Positions 26,611 through 40,329 of a stretch of DNA of 64,000 nt are shown here, in pieces. Both the position numbers and the translations under genes were made by a program. Position 1 is the stretch's first letter. Each line of letters opens with the position of its first letter. Source of the stretch: Octopus bimaculoides (taxonomy: Eukaryota); the NCBI RefSeq assembly GCF_001194135.2, contig NC_068984.1, positions 11,154,910 through 11,218,909 on the forward strand, written 5' to 3'. Below the pieces are notes generated by a model, which worked only from the letters and a program-made list of their open reading frames with translations, had not been told where the DNA came from and searched no databases.

Positions 26611-27465
26611 GCACCATATACAAAGTTTTGCCATAACTTACCTCCTCACTACACTGCCTATGTACCACCCTAGTGTTACTTAACCATGTTCTTAGCTTAC
26701 TGTTAGACCCTCATCTAATTTACCTCTGATATACACAGTTAAGCCAGATACATCTCAAATCTGTTTTTACCCCTTTTGTTTCATATTTATTTTATTGTTT
26801 TAAGATTTCTATTTAACCTTTGATTTTGAGGTTTCGGAGATTGGGTATTATTTTGGAAGAAAATAAAAAACCAAATTAGAAAAGATTTCTTTAAACAGGA
26901 TAGATATTGTTAAAAGTTTGACTTTCAATTTATCTGTTTGTTTTAATTTTTTTTATGTTCCTGATTTGTGTTATGGATTTTGTGTGTGTGTGTGTATGTG
27001 TGTATGGTATTATTTTTCTTATCAATTGTCATATGCTATTTTTTTCACATTCAATTTAAGACTTCAAATGAATTTATTTTAATTAATATTTACTTAATTA
27101 TAGAATTCTAAGTTAATCTCTTTCATTCTTGATTTAATTTTATTTCATTTGCACATTTTGTTTTCTATTAATAATTATTTAAATCCAGAGTCTCCAACCA
27201 TTTGAATATTGTGGATAACATTTTATAAATATGATATTATTGTAATCTGCAAAAATGAAAAATAATTAATCAATGCTATTAATTACATTTATACATTATT
27301 CTAAAATAAGAGAATAGCGACAGTTTAAACCACAAGCTACTGGCTGGGAACTCTTGATCATGATTTTCAGTATATCAATCACTGAGTTATTGAAACTTTT
27401 TGACTAACATAGATTATTTCACTCTTTAGTCATAGCACTTTAACTATTTTTATTATTTAATGAAA

Positions 27466-27547
<82 letters not shown>

Positions 27548-27572
27548 AGTAGTAGTAGTAGTAGTAGTAGTA
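27466..27572. repeat. (ATT)n followed by (AGT)n microsatellite
   Basis: Direct; other (ATT)n runs at about 4408-4456, 24830-24885, 28400-28470, 28580-28715. Confidence 0.95.
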
Positions 27573-27573
27573 T

Positions 27574-28030
27574 GGCAGTGAGCTGACAGAATCGTTAGCA
27601 TGCCAAGCAAAATGCTTAGCAGTATTTCGTCTGTCTTTACGTTCTGAGTTCAAATTCTACCGAGGTCGACTTTACCTTTCATCCTTTTGGGGTCAATAAA
27701 ATAAGTACCTGTTGATTACTGGGGTGGATGCAATCAACTTACCGTTTTCCCCATAATTTCAGGCCTTGTGCTTATGGTAGAAAGGATTGTTGTTATCATC
27801 ATCATCATCATCATCAAGACGGCAAGCTGGCAGAACCGTTAGCACGCTGGACAAAATGCTTAGTGGCATTTCTTCCGTCTTTATGTTCTGGGTTCAAATA
27901 ACACTACGGTCAGCTTTGCCTTTCGGGGTCAGTAAACAAAATACCAGTTGAACACTGGGGTCAATATAATCAACTATTCCTGACCCCAAAATTTCAGGCC
28001 TTGTGCCTATTGTAAAAAGGATTATTAATA
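27574..28030 (+). mobile_element. Two tandem copies of tRNA-headed SINE family B with (ATT)n/(CAT)n tails
   Basis: Head GGCAGTGAGCTGACAGAATCGTTAGC, B-box-like GAGTTCAAATTC, core GTCGACTTTRCCTTTCATCCTTTNGGGGTC. The core resembles a MetaSINE/Sauria-type domain from memory (unverified). Other copies at about 4457-4610, 4830-5160, 7500-7640(-), 15655-15795, 41220-41480(-), 54750-54960(-), 59480-59690, 62455-62645(-). Confidence 0.8.
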
Positions 28031-28055
28031 TTATCATTATCATTATTATTATTAT

Positions 28056-28088
<33 letters not shown>

Positions 28089-28422
28089 ATGGTACATTAG
28101 TTAGCAGAGATGTTGTCATAAGATTTGATGACAAGTCTCCCCAATTCTCAAGAATCTTTCTTGGGTCGATTATTATTACTATCAATAAGCAGCAGCATCA
28201 TATCATAATTTATTTATTAACGAACATTGATTTATAGGATATTTGTATGCAATCCTTATAACCACTTTCACTTTGTGTGTTAGTTTTATAGTTTTGTTTC
28301 TTTGAGTTTAAAAAAAAAAAAAATTAGTTTTTTTTTTCTAATCCTATGTGGCAAAGAAAGAAATTAGATATTAACATTATTATTGCTGCCACAATTATTA
28401 TTGTTATTATCATTATTATTAT

Positions 28423-28466
<44 letters not shown>

Positions 28467-28576
28467 GTATCATGAAAAATCTCAGCATTATTTTGCTGGG
28501 TATGATGGAAAGTGTCAGCTCTCCTCAGCCAGTAGACTAAGATAACACTTGTTTACTGACCATGCTTCAAGAACCC

Positions 28577-28608
<32 letters not shown>

Positions 28609-30251
28609 TATTATTATTAATTATCATTACTTATGATTGAGTTATCTCAGTGTGAGAGTGTTGAATTATTTTGGCTTTGCTTTATTATTATTATTATTAT
28701 TATTATTATTGTTATTATTATTATCGTTGTCACCTTCACAGATCTTCATTCAAATCTTCATGTAAACTTTTCATCTCATTCACAACAGTTGCATGTTTTT
28801 ATCTAATCCCTAACCCTTCTTCCTTAAAAAAGAAAAAAGAAAAACATTCTTGTTTCCTAAGAATCCTTTCCTTCTTGTATTAAAACCCTACCAGATTGTT
28901 TTTTTTTTATGCATCTTCATACTACTCTTTTTTTTTTTTTACTTGTAGAAATATTCCTAATAGTTGTTGTACATGTTAATTAAGAAAAATTAATTATTGG
29001 TGCATTTTACTAATAAATATTTAATTGAATATTCCTTATCACCCTTTCCTTGTTAGCTTAACATCTTTTCTCCAATAAGGACCTAGCATTATTATTATGT
29101 TATCTTCTCAGGCCTTGTGCCTATAGTAGATAGCATTATTGCATTATCTTCTATTTACACTATACCAGTCATTCCTCAGTTGTTGCACACACATACACAC
29201 AAATGCGTTGAAGATAACAAAGGCATGTTTCTCGGCAACATTTGATCTAATCTCTTTGCATTGCACTCATATTTGATAAATGAAAATAATTGAAGTAAAA
29301 CCAGACTGGAAGAAAATTATTGGTGGGTTGCGTTGATAAACAGAAATTTGCTAATGAAGTTACTTAAATTAAATTAGTGCTTATTTGATGGGGGAGACAT
29401 GAGTTCTAATATTTCAAGGTAAGTCATGTTAAGACTTCATTCATACAGGGTGTGGCACATGATTTATTTGTTAGATTATTCAGCTCACAATCGTAAGGCC
29501 AGGAGTTCAACTCCCAGTGGTATATTGTATTCTTGAGCAAGAAGCTCTATTTCACGTTGCCCCAGTCCACTCAGGTGGCAAAAAATGAGTTGTACCTGTA
29601 ATTCAAAAGGGTCAGCTGTGTCACATTCTGTATCCTGCTGAATCATCCTGAGAACTATGTTAAGGATATACATGTCTGTGGTGTACTCAGCCACTTGCAT
29701 GTCAATTTTACAAGCAGGCTGTTCTGTTGGCCGGATCAACTGGAACACTCTTTACCATAACCAGTAAAGTGCCACCTACAGGGTGTGGTAGAAAATAGCC
29801 ATCTAAGTCTGCTAAGAATTTAATATTTCATTCAAATCAAAAGCATTCAGTCTGGTTTGTAATGCTATGTATCTGGACTCACGACAATGTGTTATTGGGT
29901 TCAATTCTTGATACATGCATTGAGTTCCATGATATGGTACAATACTCTTGTTTGATTCAAAGTCTTTCCATCTTACAACGGACATCAAACTTATTTTACA
30001 ATGGAAAATTTTATGAAGAGTATACAAGTACTGAAAAAAGAAAAAAAACTACTCCAGCAATTTGCAAATATTTAAATATGTATACAAGGCATCCATCCTT
30101 CTTGTGCTATAAGGAAAAATTGATATATGCATACACACTCATACATACACACACAAATACAAGAAATTATACAAAACAAATGTAAACATTTGGTATACTT
30201 AGTGAAATGGTTTTCCACTGGTTAAGGCTTGAGGAAATAACAAAAGAATGC

Positions 30252-30294
<43 letters not shown>

Positions 30295-31616
30295 ATGTAT
30301 ATAACTGACTTACCTACAAATATTTCAACAAATTCTTCTTACATTGTTATTATTTCCCCTCACTGTTTGAATTTGTTTTTAAGTTACTAATCCTGTTTAA
30401 AATAAATGAAATGTTAGCTTTTGTATTTGCGATATCTGTAGAGCCTTAATAATAAACTTAATCTTAGATGTCAGCTCCAGTTATAAATAAAGGAAAGAAA
30501 TTGGAAGAGTGCGAAAGAAAAAGAAACAGCTTTAGTTACACTCTGAAGTCCAGAGACTTCATTTGTACCCAGTTGTTTATAGTCTAACAGCAAAACAGAC
30601 ATGAAATATGATTAAAAAGTTTAACTAGTTCTTATAGACATTAAGTTTTTATTCTAACATTGTGTTGTAAAGCAAAGTGGATGTTAGCTCGTCTATTTTG
30701 TCCCGTCTCCTCTACTTCAACCAAACAAAATGGATAAATGAAGAAGTATTGTTATATTTTTTCAACACAAAAAATATTCTGCAGCCAACTCGACATTATA
30801 GATTTGTCCTGCCTCCTCTATTTTAACCAAATGGAATAGAGTATGAAGCAGTGTTATACATTATCAACACAAGAAAATGTTACAGTATCAAATTAGCTTT
30901 GTATTCAATGTTACCAGAGACTAAGAGAATCAATGCTATTTTTATGTAAGTATAGTTTGAATCAAATAGCTACTATCATCTTAGTTATTAATTTCTGTAC
31001 CAAACAAAAGCTGGTATTGTGAGATAGTGTATCAAAATAATTACCAATTCTTAATAGTTTGGTAAATGTTTTCAAGAGTTTTTTTTTGTGTGTGTGTGTG
31101 ATAATGTGAGTTCTTTCTTGTACATTATCTTTTGATAAAAACACATGAAATTATAAACACACATATATAGCATCATCATCACCATCATCATCATTGTTGT
31201 TTAATGCCGACTTTCCATGCTTGCATGGATTCGATAAGATTCTTTGATGCAGATTTTCTGTGGCTAGATGCATTCCTGTCACCAAGCCTCACTTGTCTCC
31301 AAGCAGGATAATATTACCCCTTGATGAGACATGTTTTCATGGCAACCATGGAGTGAGGGATACTTCCTGTATGGTGGTGACACTTGTTTTTTTTATATCT
31401 ATTGCATGATGTCAAAACCAAGAGACACAAACACACACACACAAGTGTGTGTGTGTGCACATGTGTGTCTGCACGTGTGTGTGTGTCTGCATTTTGAACA
31501 GAAACCATGAACTGCATACAATGATGCTGGTAGCATTTCCTTCTTCAACAAACTACCCACAGACTTAGCACATTAAAAATGGGGAATAAAAGACTCTAAC
31601 AATTGTAAAACAAGCA

Positions 31617-31667
31617 AATAGATAGATAGACAAATAGATAGATAAATAGATAAATAGATAAAGATAG

Positions 31668-31698
<31 letters not shown>

Positions 31699-31765
31699 GA
31701 TAGAAAGACAGATAGACAAATAGATAGATAGATGTAGATAGACATAGAAAGATAGACAAGCAGGT
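31617..31765. repeat. Degenerate (GATA)n microsatellite
   Basis: Direct; complementary (TATC)n block at about 13497-13700. Confidence 0.9.
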
Positions 31766-32057
31766 AGAAACATATAAAGATAAATTCACTCTTTAAGGTG
31801 CAAAATTCACCAAAATAGCTGTGTTTTGACTGTAACTTTCACTGACTGGTTGATCGTATTCCATGCATGACTGACACTGCCCCTCTTTAACTGCACCTTA
31901 ATACACCCACACCCACACACATATATATCAAGCATGGGCATGAACCCATCCAAAAACACTGGAAATAATACTGCATGTCTAGTGAGTTCTGTTTCCACTT
32001 AAAATGGCTACGCAGCTACATGCATAACCAAAGTGCCCTCCTCATATCTGTCTGCAG

Positions 32058-32165
32058 GGCTTGATGATGTGATCGGCTCCTCCAGCACATTCCCTCGCCA
32101 GAAGAAGATGCAGGAGCCAGCGAAACGTTCTGCCAGTGAGTCAGACATGAATGGCCATATTTTAG
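32058..32165 (+). CDS. MAGI: Probable MAGI linker exon: (G)LDDVIGSSSTFPRQKKMQEPAKRSASESDMNGHIL(G)
   Basis: Acceptor ctcctcatatctgtctgcag|GG, donor TAG|gtttgt (alternative in-frame donor A|gtgagt after 32135); 108 nt, phase 1-1, open, GC-richer than its flanks. No domain homology to confirm it. Confidence 0.7.
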
Positions 32166-33155
32166 GTTTGTACTATCCCTCCTGATGGTCACTGCCATTT
32201 CTATTTGTCTGAAACCCCTTCAGCTATTTACTGCTCTGTTTCTTTTGTTGGACATTTTTTTAAAAAACAAATAGCCAACAAGGGACTTTAAAAAATAGAT
32301 TTCTTTTGAGTATAGTGTCTGTGATTATGAAGAATTACTAGATGTTCCCCCCACCTCACCCCCTACCTTTTATAATAATGTCATTGTCCTTGTCATTCAT
32401 CATTTTATCATTCATTTGCTTTCCTATCTACTGTCATTACCATTGACAATCATTTAATTATCTATTTTTCTTTCATTCTAATTTTCTCTCTCTCTCTCTC
32501 TTACACACACACACAGACACACAAACATACACAAGTCTACATACTCATTTACACACATGCATATTCACACACCTTACTTTGTAACACCTGTATATAACAA
32601 AATTAAACAAGAGCATCTTCTCTGACATCATCCGCTATTTTCATCTTTCTCATTAATCTGACATCATCTTCTTTCTCATTGTTCTCACATCATCTTTCTC
32701 ATTGTCTGCCTCATTACTCACTCATCATCTTACCATTTCATATCCCAATACCCACAAAACAATACTCAGAGTATCTTCTTCATGCCTGCTAGTTCTATTC
32801 CAAATATTCCCAATCTTCTCCTCTTTATATTTACTTATTTATATATTATTATTATTTACTAATCCCTCATCCCATTATCATCATTAGCTACATCAATCAA
32901 CATTTCTTCACAAGTTTTCTTGTGTTTTTTTACTTCTTAAGAATTTCTTTCCTTTTTTCAGTTTCCTTCAAATATTTGTTTTTCTTTATATTATTTATTT
33001 TATTTGTTTGACATGGTTTTATAGAATGCAATTTTGTTTGCAAAAATTACTTCAGAGTTTCTAGAACTGGTATAATACAACTAAAATATTTACTGCTCTG
33101 AATTATAAACATTAAGTCTTTCTTTCACAGTATTTTCAACTTCCTTCTTTTATAC

Positions 33156-33427
33156 CAGTGGTTCTCAAAACCATTTTTACCTGTGGACCCCTTTCATTCC
33201 TATTTCACTCAGGTGGATCCTCATACTCATTTGATGTTTAAAAAGTCTAATTATGTCTTTATAATTAAATATTATTAGGAATTGTATTAAAAAATTGTTA
33301 AAATTTATGTGCAATAAATTGTTTATACTTCAACAATATACAAAATATTTTAACAACAAAATCTTATATTGACCCTAAGGGCTATATTGACCCAAAGGGC
33401 CATATCAAACCTGCTTGAGAACCACTC
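33156..33427. mobile_element. hAT (Charlie/MER5-like) MITE
   Basis: TIRs CAGTGGTTCTCAA / TTGAGAACCACTC; TSD TTTTATAC / TTTCACAC (6 of 8). Confidence 0.7.
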
Positions 33428-33479
33428 TTTCACACAACATTACTGAATCGTTTCATATTAAGATTTGCTCTATAGTTGT

Positions 33480-33985
33480 TTCAATTTATAAAATACTGCA
33501 TGGAAACATAATTCCAACCTAAGAGAATTCTATAGTCTCAGGGCAACTCAAAGGGAGAGATCCTTCATAATAGTAATTAAGACATATCCTACTTTATGTG
33601 TGTGAAACGTGGACTCTCACTAGCTCCATGGCAAAGTCCCATGATGGTTGCTACTCTTGGTGCTCCAAATGGCCTTTAAAGACAGCTAGGTATAGAAAAT
33701 GACAAATTATTAACTCTATGGTGGCTTCTCCAAGTTTGTCAAGAAGGTAGCAGGAAGATGGCTGCAGCCAAGTCATCATCTTAGAATTGACCCATGGGAA
33801 GGATGAACCATAGTCTATCCCTTAAAACCATAGTGAATATTCCTAATTGAGGGCATGATGACACAACTGTTGATGAAATCAGAACATTGATGAGGGTATG
33901 TGATATGTAGTGTCCGTCATTATACCCAACACAAGTGCAAGTTGTTGTCAGCAGCTGGTGATGATGATGATGATGATGATGATGA
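33480..33985 (+). pseudogene. Degenerate RTE LINE ORF2 C-terminal fragment
   Basis: From 33589: LLYVCETWTLTSSMAKSHDGCY (cf. LLYGCEAWTL...LDGCY); later YGGFSKFVKKVAGRWLQ and DEIRTLM; stops and frameshifts present; (GAT)n at about 33958. Confidence 0.65.
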
Positions 33986-34522
33986 TTCAAGATTTGCTGA
34001 GGCTACCCTTTCTCAGCTGGAGAGCTGCACAGATAGCTAGGCCACTAACACTGGAGTTGTTTCCCTTGCTTCCATGTTCTTGCTGGTGCAACATGGACAA
34101 GTGCCTTCAACTGAATCCCTCTGATTGATAATGTTTTGTGAGTGGAATTTAATGGATGGAAACTATGTAGAAGCCCATCTTATGTGTATCTGTGTGTGTG
34201 TGTGTATTTCTCCATTATATCAAAAGGTAACTTAGCCACTAGATACATAGAGAATGATAAAATACTGAAAGACTAAAATCCTTAAAGATGGTGACCCTAC
34301 ATGGCTGCAGTTATAATGACTGAAACCAGTAAAACTATATTAGAATATATTTAATTATCTATATTAATTCATAATTTTGTTGTTAATTACTTCATTAGAA
34401 TCTTTGGTATTTTTATTTATTAAATATTTTTACTAAAATTTCTCTTTAGAAAAATTCTTGTTTGTAATCAGTTTTTTTTTATATTACTAATTGATGCCAG
34501 TTAAAACTAATTAATTATTTAG

Positions 34523-34759
<237 letters not shown>

Positions 34760-34950
34760 TAACGACAGTGATTATTTTCTCAGGACATAAAAAGTAAGTC
34801 TTCAGAGAAGCAAAATGAGATGTTGTGAAGTTCATGCTTAATTGAAATTAACTCGTTAACTTCCAGTGTGACACAATACAGTACAGGACTGCATCAGTCA
34901 ACCATTCCTGAAACACATGATATCTCACCTTGTTTACTGACATTTTAAAG

Positions 34951-35410
34951 CAGGGGTCACCAAATTTTTTCAACCATCAACCCCCTTTAGCCACTTCTCC
35001 TTCCACATTGACCACCCTACTCATTCAAAATATCTTAATACCCTAACCTACCGTACCATATCTTAAATGCATACCGGGTACTGAATGTTGGCAATTAAAA
35101 TGTTTGCGAAAATTAAGAAATTCTATTGAAGATGACAAACTTTTTACATTTAGAATTATGTGTTCAAATATACAGAATTAGACTTTCAATTTTTATGAAA
35201 TTCCTTTTACAATTCAAAAATATGGAAAACTCATCATATTGCTGGAATATCTTTTGAATTGACATAGCGCTAAGCATTTCAAGCAGTTCATCTGGGTGAG
35301 CTGGTCTTTCACATGCCAACCCCCATTCGACACCTTGGTTATTATCAACCCCCTATAATTATTCCTCGCCAACTCCTAGGGGGTTTCTTGGATCCCCTTT
35401 GGCGACCTTG
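34951..35410. mobile_element. hAT-type MITE
   Basis: TIRs CAGGGGTCACCAAA / TTTGGCGACCTTG; perfect 8-bp TSD TTTTAAAG (34943-34950 and 35411-35418). Confidence 0.85.
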
Positions 35411-37655
35411 TTTTAAAGTAAGGGACTCTCCTACAGAAGGGAGAAAACTCTAATCTTTTGTTTCATATGTACCTCTCCTGTAATAGAATCATTACAAAAT
35501 GGGGCTTGTTGTGAATTTAGTTGATGAGAGCTTACCACTGATCAATGCTATGGCCCACAACTCATATACACCTATACAACTCCCACCCACTTACAACCCA
35601 CACATGTAAATATATATACACTTGCCATGGGAGAAAAGATGAGATGCTACACTGAATTGTAAGTTCATATTTGTTCCAAGTGTTCCAAGCTACAACATTA
35701 AGTAGAGGTACTTAATTATATATAGCTTGGTACATTAAGCTGGATACACACACACAAACACTTGCCTCAAATATCTCCTCTACAGAAAGACACCTATCTC
35801 TGTCCCTCAATTAAACTCTAACCTCTCATTTGGCACAAAGCCACTTCTGGTGGTTCCACTCCCTCTCCCACCTGAGAGGTCTTTGGCTCACAAGGTACTT
35901 GACGACCCCACTGGTGTTCGTGCCACATAAAAAGCATGACATACACTCTGTAAAATGGTTGGCATTTGGAAGGGCATCCAGCCATAGAAACCATGCTAAA
36001 GCAGACAATGGAGACTGGTGCAGCTCTCCAGCCTTGCCAGCTCCTGTCAAACCATCCGACCCCTGCCAAAATGAATGTTAAATGATGGTGATGATGATGT
36101 CATGAGATAAAAAGGTAAAATGCTAAACTACCAACCAGCATCTGAGTTATAAGTTCATATTTCTTCCAAGTATTTCTCTGTATCACTAGGCAGAAGTATT
36201 TAATTCAATATGTCTTCGTTTATCCATTTGGGTAAAATATGTTCAAATTTATTTGGCCATTTTACCTTTAATAAGCTAGAAAAATAAAAATAAAACTAGA
36301 TCTAAAATGTTTAGATTAATATCCAGAGAATTAAAAATGATGTTGACTATTTTTTCCCTTCCTTTCAAATGGTTTGCTTTTTGATGGCAAAATCTAATTT
36401 CAGTTAAATCTGAAGGAATTAATTTTTCAAGAATATTTAAATACATTATTTAATTAATTATTTTCAATGTCATATAGCTTTTATTTATTTTCACTTCATT
36501 ATATTTTTGGCTCAGTCTAATATCTGTGTAAAATGTTATATAGAATGGTACTTGAGATATAAATTATTTGGCTATTTTTTTATCTTTGTTTTTTCTTTTA
36601 ACTGCATATTCTGCACTGAATTACAAAATCATACTTAGAAAATTTGTTATGAGATACACGTATATTGGGAAATATAATTAATCACCCTATTTCTCAATAA
36701 ATTAAATTTTCTGTTGTATTCATTTTTCTTTTCATACTTTAAATGAAAAGAAAAAAAGAGGTGAAGAAAATTATTTCCTTATTTTTAAAATTTTATCTTA
36801 TTTTATTCCAATAGAATTACAGACCATTTAAAGGGGAAGCAGTGTGTTATCCCCCGATAGGTATTCATTCTAGCTTGTTGACAGACATTTCAATACATAC
36901 TTGCATATTCTTTAAACATTTCTTGCTCAATGGTAACTAAATTAATTCATAATCTATTCTACAGAAATACATATAAAGCTTTTAAAAACAATGTATTTTA
37001 TTAATTTGTTCTCAAGATGTTTAGCATCTAAAAGAAGTGGAGAATTGGCGGAGTTGTTGTGAGAGTGTGGCATTTGTTCTAATTCCCAGTATACTGAGAT
37101 CAAATCCTGTCAAGATCAACTTTATCTTTTCTGGCACAGGGGAGGCTGTGTTGTTGAGAAGTTTGCTTCTCAATGATGTGGCTTCAGGTTCAGTTCCACT
37201 ACATGGCATCGTGGGCAAGTGTCTTCTGCTCTACTTGGGAGTGAACAGAAACTGAAAGAAGTCCATCATGTGTGTGTGTGTGTATTTTTGTGTCACTGTC
37301 TTACAAGCAATGTCATTTATCTTCAATATTCTACAAAAGCGTGTCTGACCAGAGGGAAACATTACCTTGCTTGGAATCAAGTGAGGGTTAGCAATAGGAA
37401 GAGCATCCAGCCATAGAAAATCTGCCTCAATAAACTTTGTCTGCCTCATGCAAGAATGGAAAGTGAACATTGAAATAGTGCTGGTGGTGGATTGGTAGAA
37501 TTGTTAAAGTGCTGAGGATAAGATTTCTTGTTTCTTTACATTCTTCTTGGATGGCAGACTTAGGTAGACTTAGTCCACTGCTTGATTTATCACCATTACT
37601 TGACTTTTGGGTACCTTCAATGGAATTCACTTTGCTGCAAGCTTTCAGGTTAGGT

Positions 37656-38160
37656 ATCATCATCATCATCATCATTGTTTAACGTCCGCTTTCCATGCTA
37701 GCATGGGTTGGACGATTTGACTGAGGACTGGTGAAACCGGATGGCAACACCAGGCTCCAGTCTGATTTGGCAGAGTTTCTACAGCTGGATGCCCTTCCTA
37801 ACGCCAACCACTCAGAGAGTGTAGTGGGTGCTTTTACGTGTCACCCGCACGAAAACGGCCACGCTCGAAATGGTGTCTTTTATGTGCCACCCGCACAAGC
37901 CAGTCCAGGGGCACTGGCAACGATCTCGCTCGAAAATCCTACAGGAGCCAGTCAGGCGGTACTGGCAACGGCCACGCTCAAAATGGTGCATCTCATGTGC
38001 CACCCGCACAAGAACCAGTCCAGGGGCACTGGCAACGATCTTACTTGGCTTGCCGGGTCTTCTCACGCACAGCCCATTTCCAAAGGTCTCGGTCCGTAGT
38101 CATCGCCTCGGTGAGGCCCAATGTACGAAGGTCTTGCCTCACCACCTCAGCCCAGGTCAT
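37656..38160 (-). mobile_element. Young 5'-truncated RTE-clade LINE: ORF2 C-terminus + 3' UTR + (GAT)n tail
   Basis: Minus strand 38160-38041 reads MTWAEVVRQDLRTLGLTEAMTTDRDLWKWAVREKTRQAK*, a TW...D...L...DR..W RTE-type terminus. It is followed by hairpin repeat units, a conserved 170-nt end and (GAT)n. Confidence 0.85.
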
Positions 38161-39362
38161 ATTTACCTAAATAATTTCTTCCTTTCACCCTATCAATCTT
38201 GGAGGCTCTGAACAAAAACTAGGATCTTAGGTGATGCCTATCTCACCTGGACTAAGCAATGAAAATAAAAAGATAAAAAATCTGCAAATTAGAAATTATA
38301 TTACTTTCATCTGGCTTGCTCAGTATTTTTAATACACATCCAGATTCATGTACCACAGATTGCTTTTGATTTTTTTTTCTACACAAGGGTTTCTTTATAA
38401 AAAAAACATATTACTTGCTATTATTTATTGTTGTATCCAATTTAAAACTCCCCCTTAAAATGGTTTATTCTCTATCACATGAACGTAAAATGGTCAGAAT
38501 CGAAGAAATGATGTGATGTACATATGTTTTATATGTTCCAGCCTTTTTCCTTCAGAAAGCAACTTCTTTCAGGCGATGTGTGCTCACAACACACTCTATT
38601 CATTGATGTCGCAGGATTTTGAGACACTGGTGTTTCAACCTGCTTGTGTCTCTTCGGTCAATACAATTCTCTTGGGTTATTGAATATGAATAAGAATAGT
38701 CATTTTTATAAAATTCAGCAGACAGGTTATTTGTTGATACATAATAAGTTAAGTTATCATCTGCTTATAAAACAGCAAGAATCAAAATGATGTTGTACAT
38801 ATTCATTCTTAACATGGTGTGGCAGATTTGAATAGCAATGAATCAAGTGTGTTGTCGACAGACATCATCTGAAAGGAGAAGGTATTCTCTGAAGGTGAAA
38901 TACAACAGTAATTAACATATTCATATGCAAATAAACCAGAATATATTAAGAATGAATATATACATTATAGATTCATTGTTTATTTTTTTACACATGTTCG
39001 GCTGTAATATACATATATATATAACTAATATGCATATGCGTGTGTGTGTGTGTGTGTGTGAAGAGAGAGAGAAAGAGAGAGATTGCTAAAGCATGTTGAT
39101 CATCTTTGCAGGCCAATTTATCCATATTTTCATCACTTGGCTCATATTCTTTCTCCAAAGTAAGATAGATAACTAGAGCTCTCATAAATAAGTCTGAGTT
39201 ATGTAAAACCTGAATGATTGAAGTGTAAGATTGATAGAGTTTTAAAGTGTTTTTAAACTTTTTTTAAATGTTTTTTTTCTTTTTTGCCTTAATATGATAG
39301 AGATTTTTTTTTTTTTTTTTTTTTGTGGCCTCCTGATTGATATATTTTTCTTCTTCTTGCAG

Positions 39363-40025
39363 GGGATATTCTTGTTTATGTAAATGACGACTGTGTCCTT
39401 GGCTATACACACCAGGATGTAATCCTTCTTTTCCAAGCAATACCTCCAGGTGAAGAAGTAAGCCTCACTGTTTGCCGTGGTTACATGCTGCCATTTGATC
39501 CAGATGATCCAAACACGGAAATTGTAACTCGGGTAGCTGTTTCTTTACCTCCAGACAGTGGAACAACCAACACTGGACCTTCCAATTCAATAGGTTATGG
39601 TAGCAGCGGTAACATGGATCAATTAAATACGTCCCAAAAAAGTCTTAAATCCTTGCCCGATCTTGCTCGATCTGCTGCCGATAACAATTCCAATTTAAGT
39701 TTTGCTCAACGAAGCCATAGTGGGGATGTCCTTAATACAGACAATACTCCAGATGTCCTCATCCCAAACAGTAATAAACCGGAAATTTTAGTTGTGAACA
39801 TTATTCGTGGTGCTACAGGTTTCGGTTTCACCATTGCTGATAGTTCCTACGGTCAACGAGTTAAACAAATATTTGAAAAAACTCGGTGTAAGAATTTAAT
39901 GGAAGGTGATATTTTATTGGAAATTAATTCAACCAATGTGAAAGACATGGCTCATGCTGACGTTGTTCAAGTATTGAAGGATTGTCCAAAAGGAGAAGAG
40001 ACAGCAATTGTTGTTCAAAGAGGAG
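39363..40025 (+). CDS. MAGI: MAGI exon, PDZ1 C-half + linker + PDZ2: (G)DILVYVNDDCVLGYTHQDV...CRGYMLPFDPDDPN...RGATGFGFTIADSSYGQRVKQI...AIVVQRG(G)
   Basis: Acceptor ttcttcttcttgcag, donor GAG|gtaggt; 663 nt, phase 1-1; contains ORF 39485-40129 in frame. Confidence 0.97.
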
Positions 40026-40291
40026 GTAGGTCTTATTCTCCATCTACCTTTCTAATTTTTTTGTGTGATTTCAATTTGTGTGTAGGTGAGGATTTTAAGC
40101 CTTGTCATTGGTGTTATCTTGTTCCATAAGTCATAAACATTTACTCTGCTTTCTTCAGTCTACCTGCTTTTCTTAGCTTATAGTTGGCATTAAATAAAGG
40201 GGACCATCAGTCAAGGTTTTAGTCATCAGTCAGCTTTTACAGCAGTCATGGTGCTTTAACAAGGCTGCTTAACCCTTTCGATACCAATACA

Positions 40292-40329
<38 letters not shown>

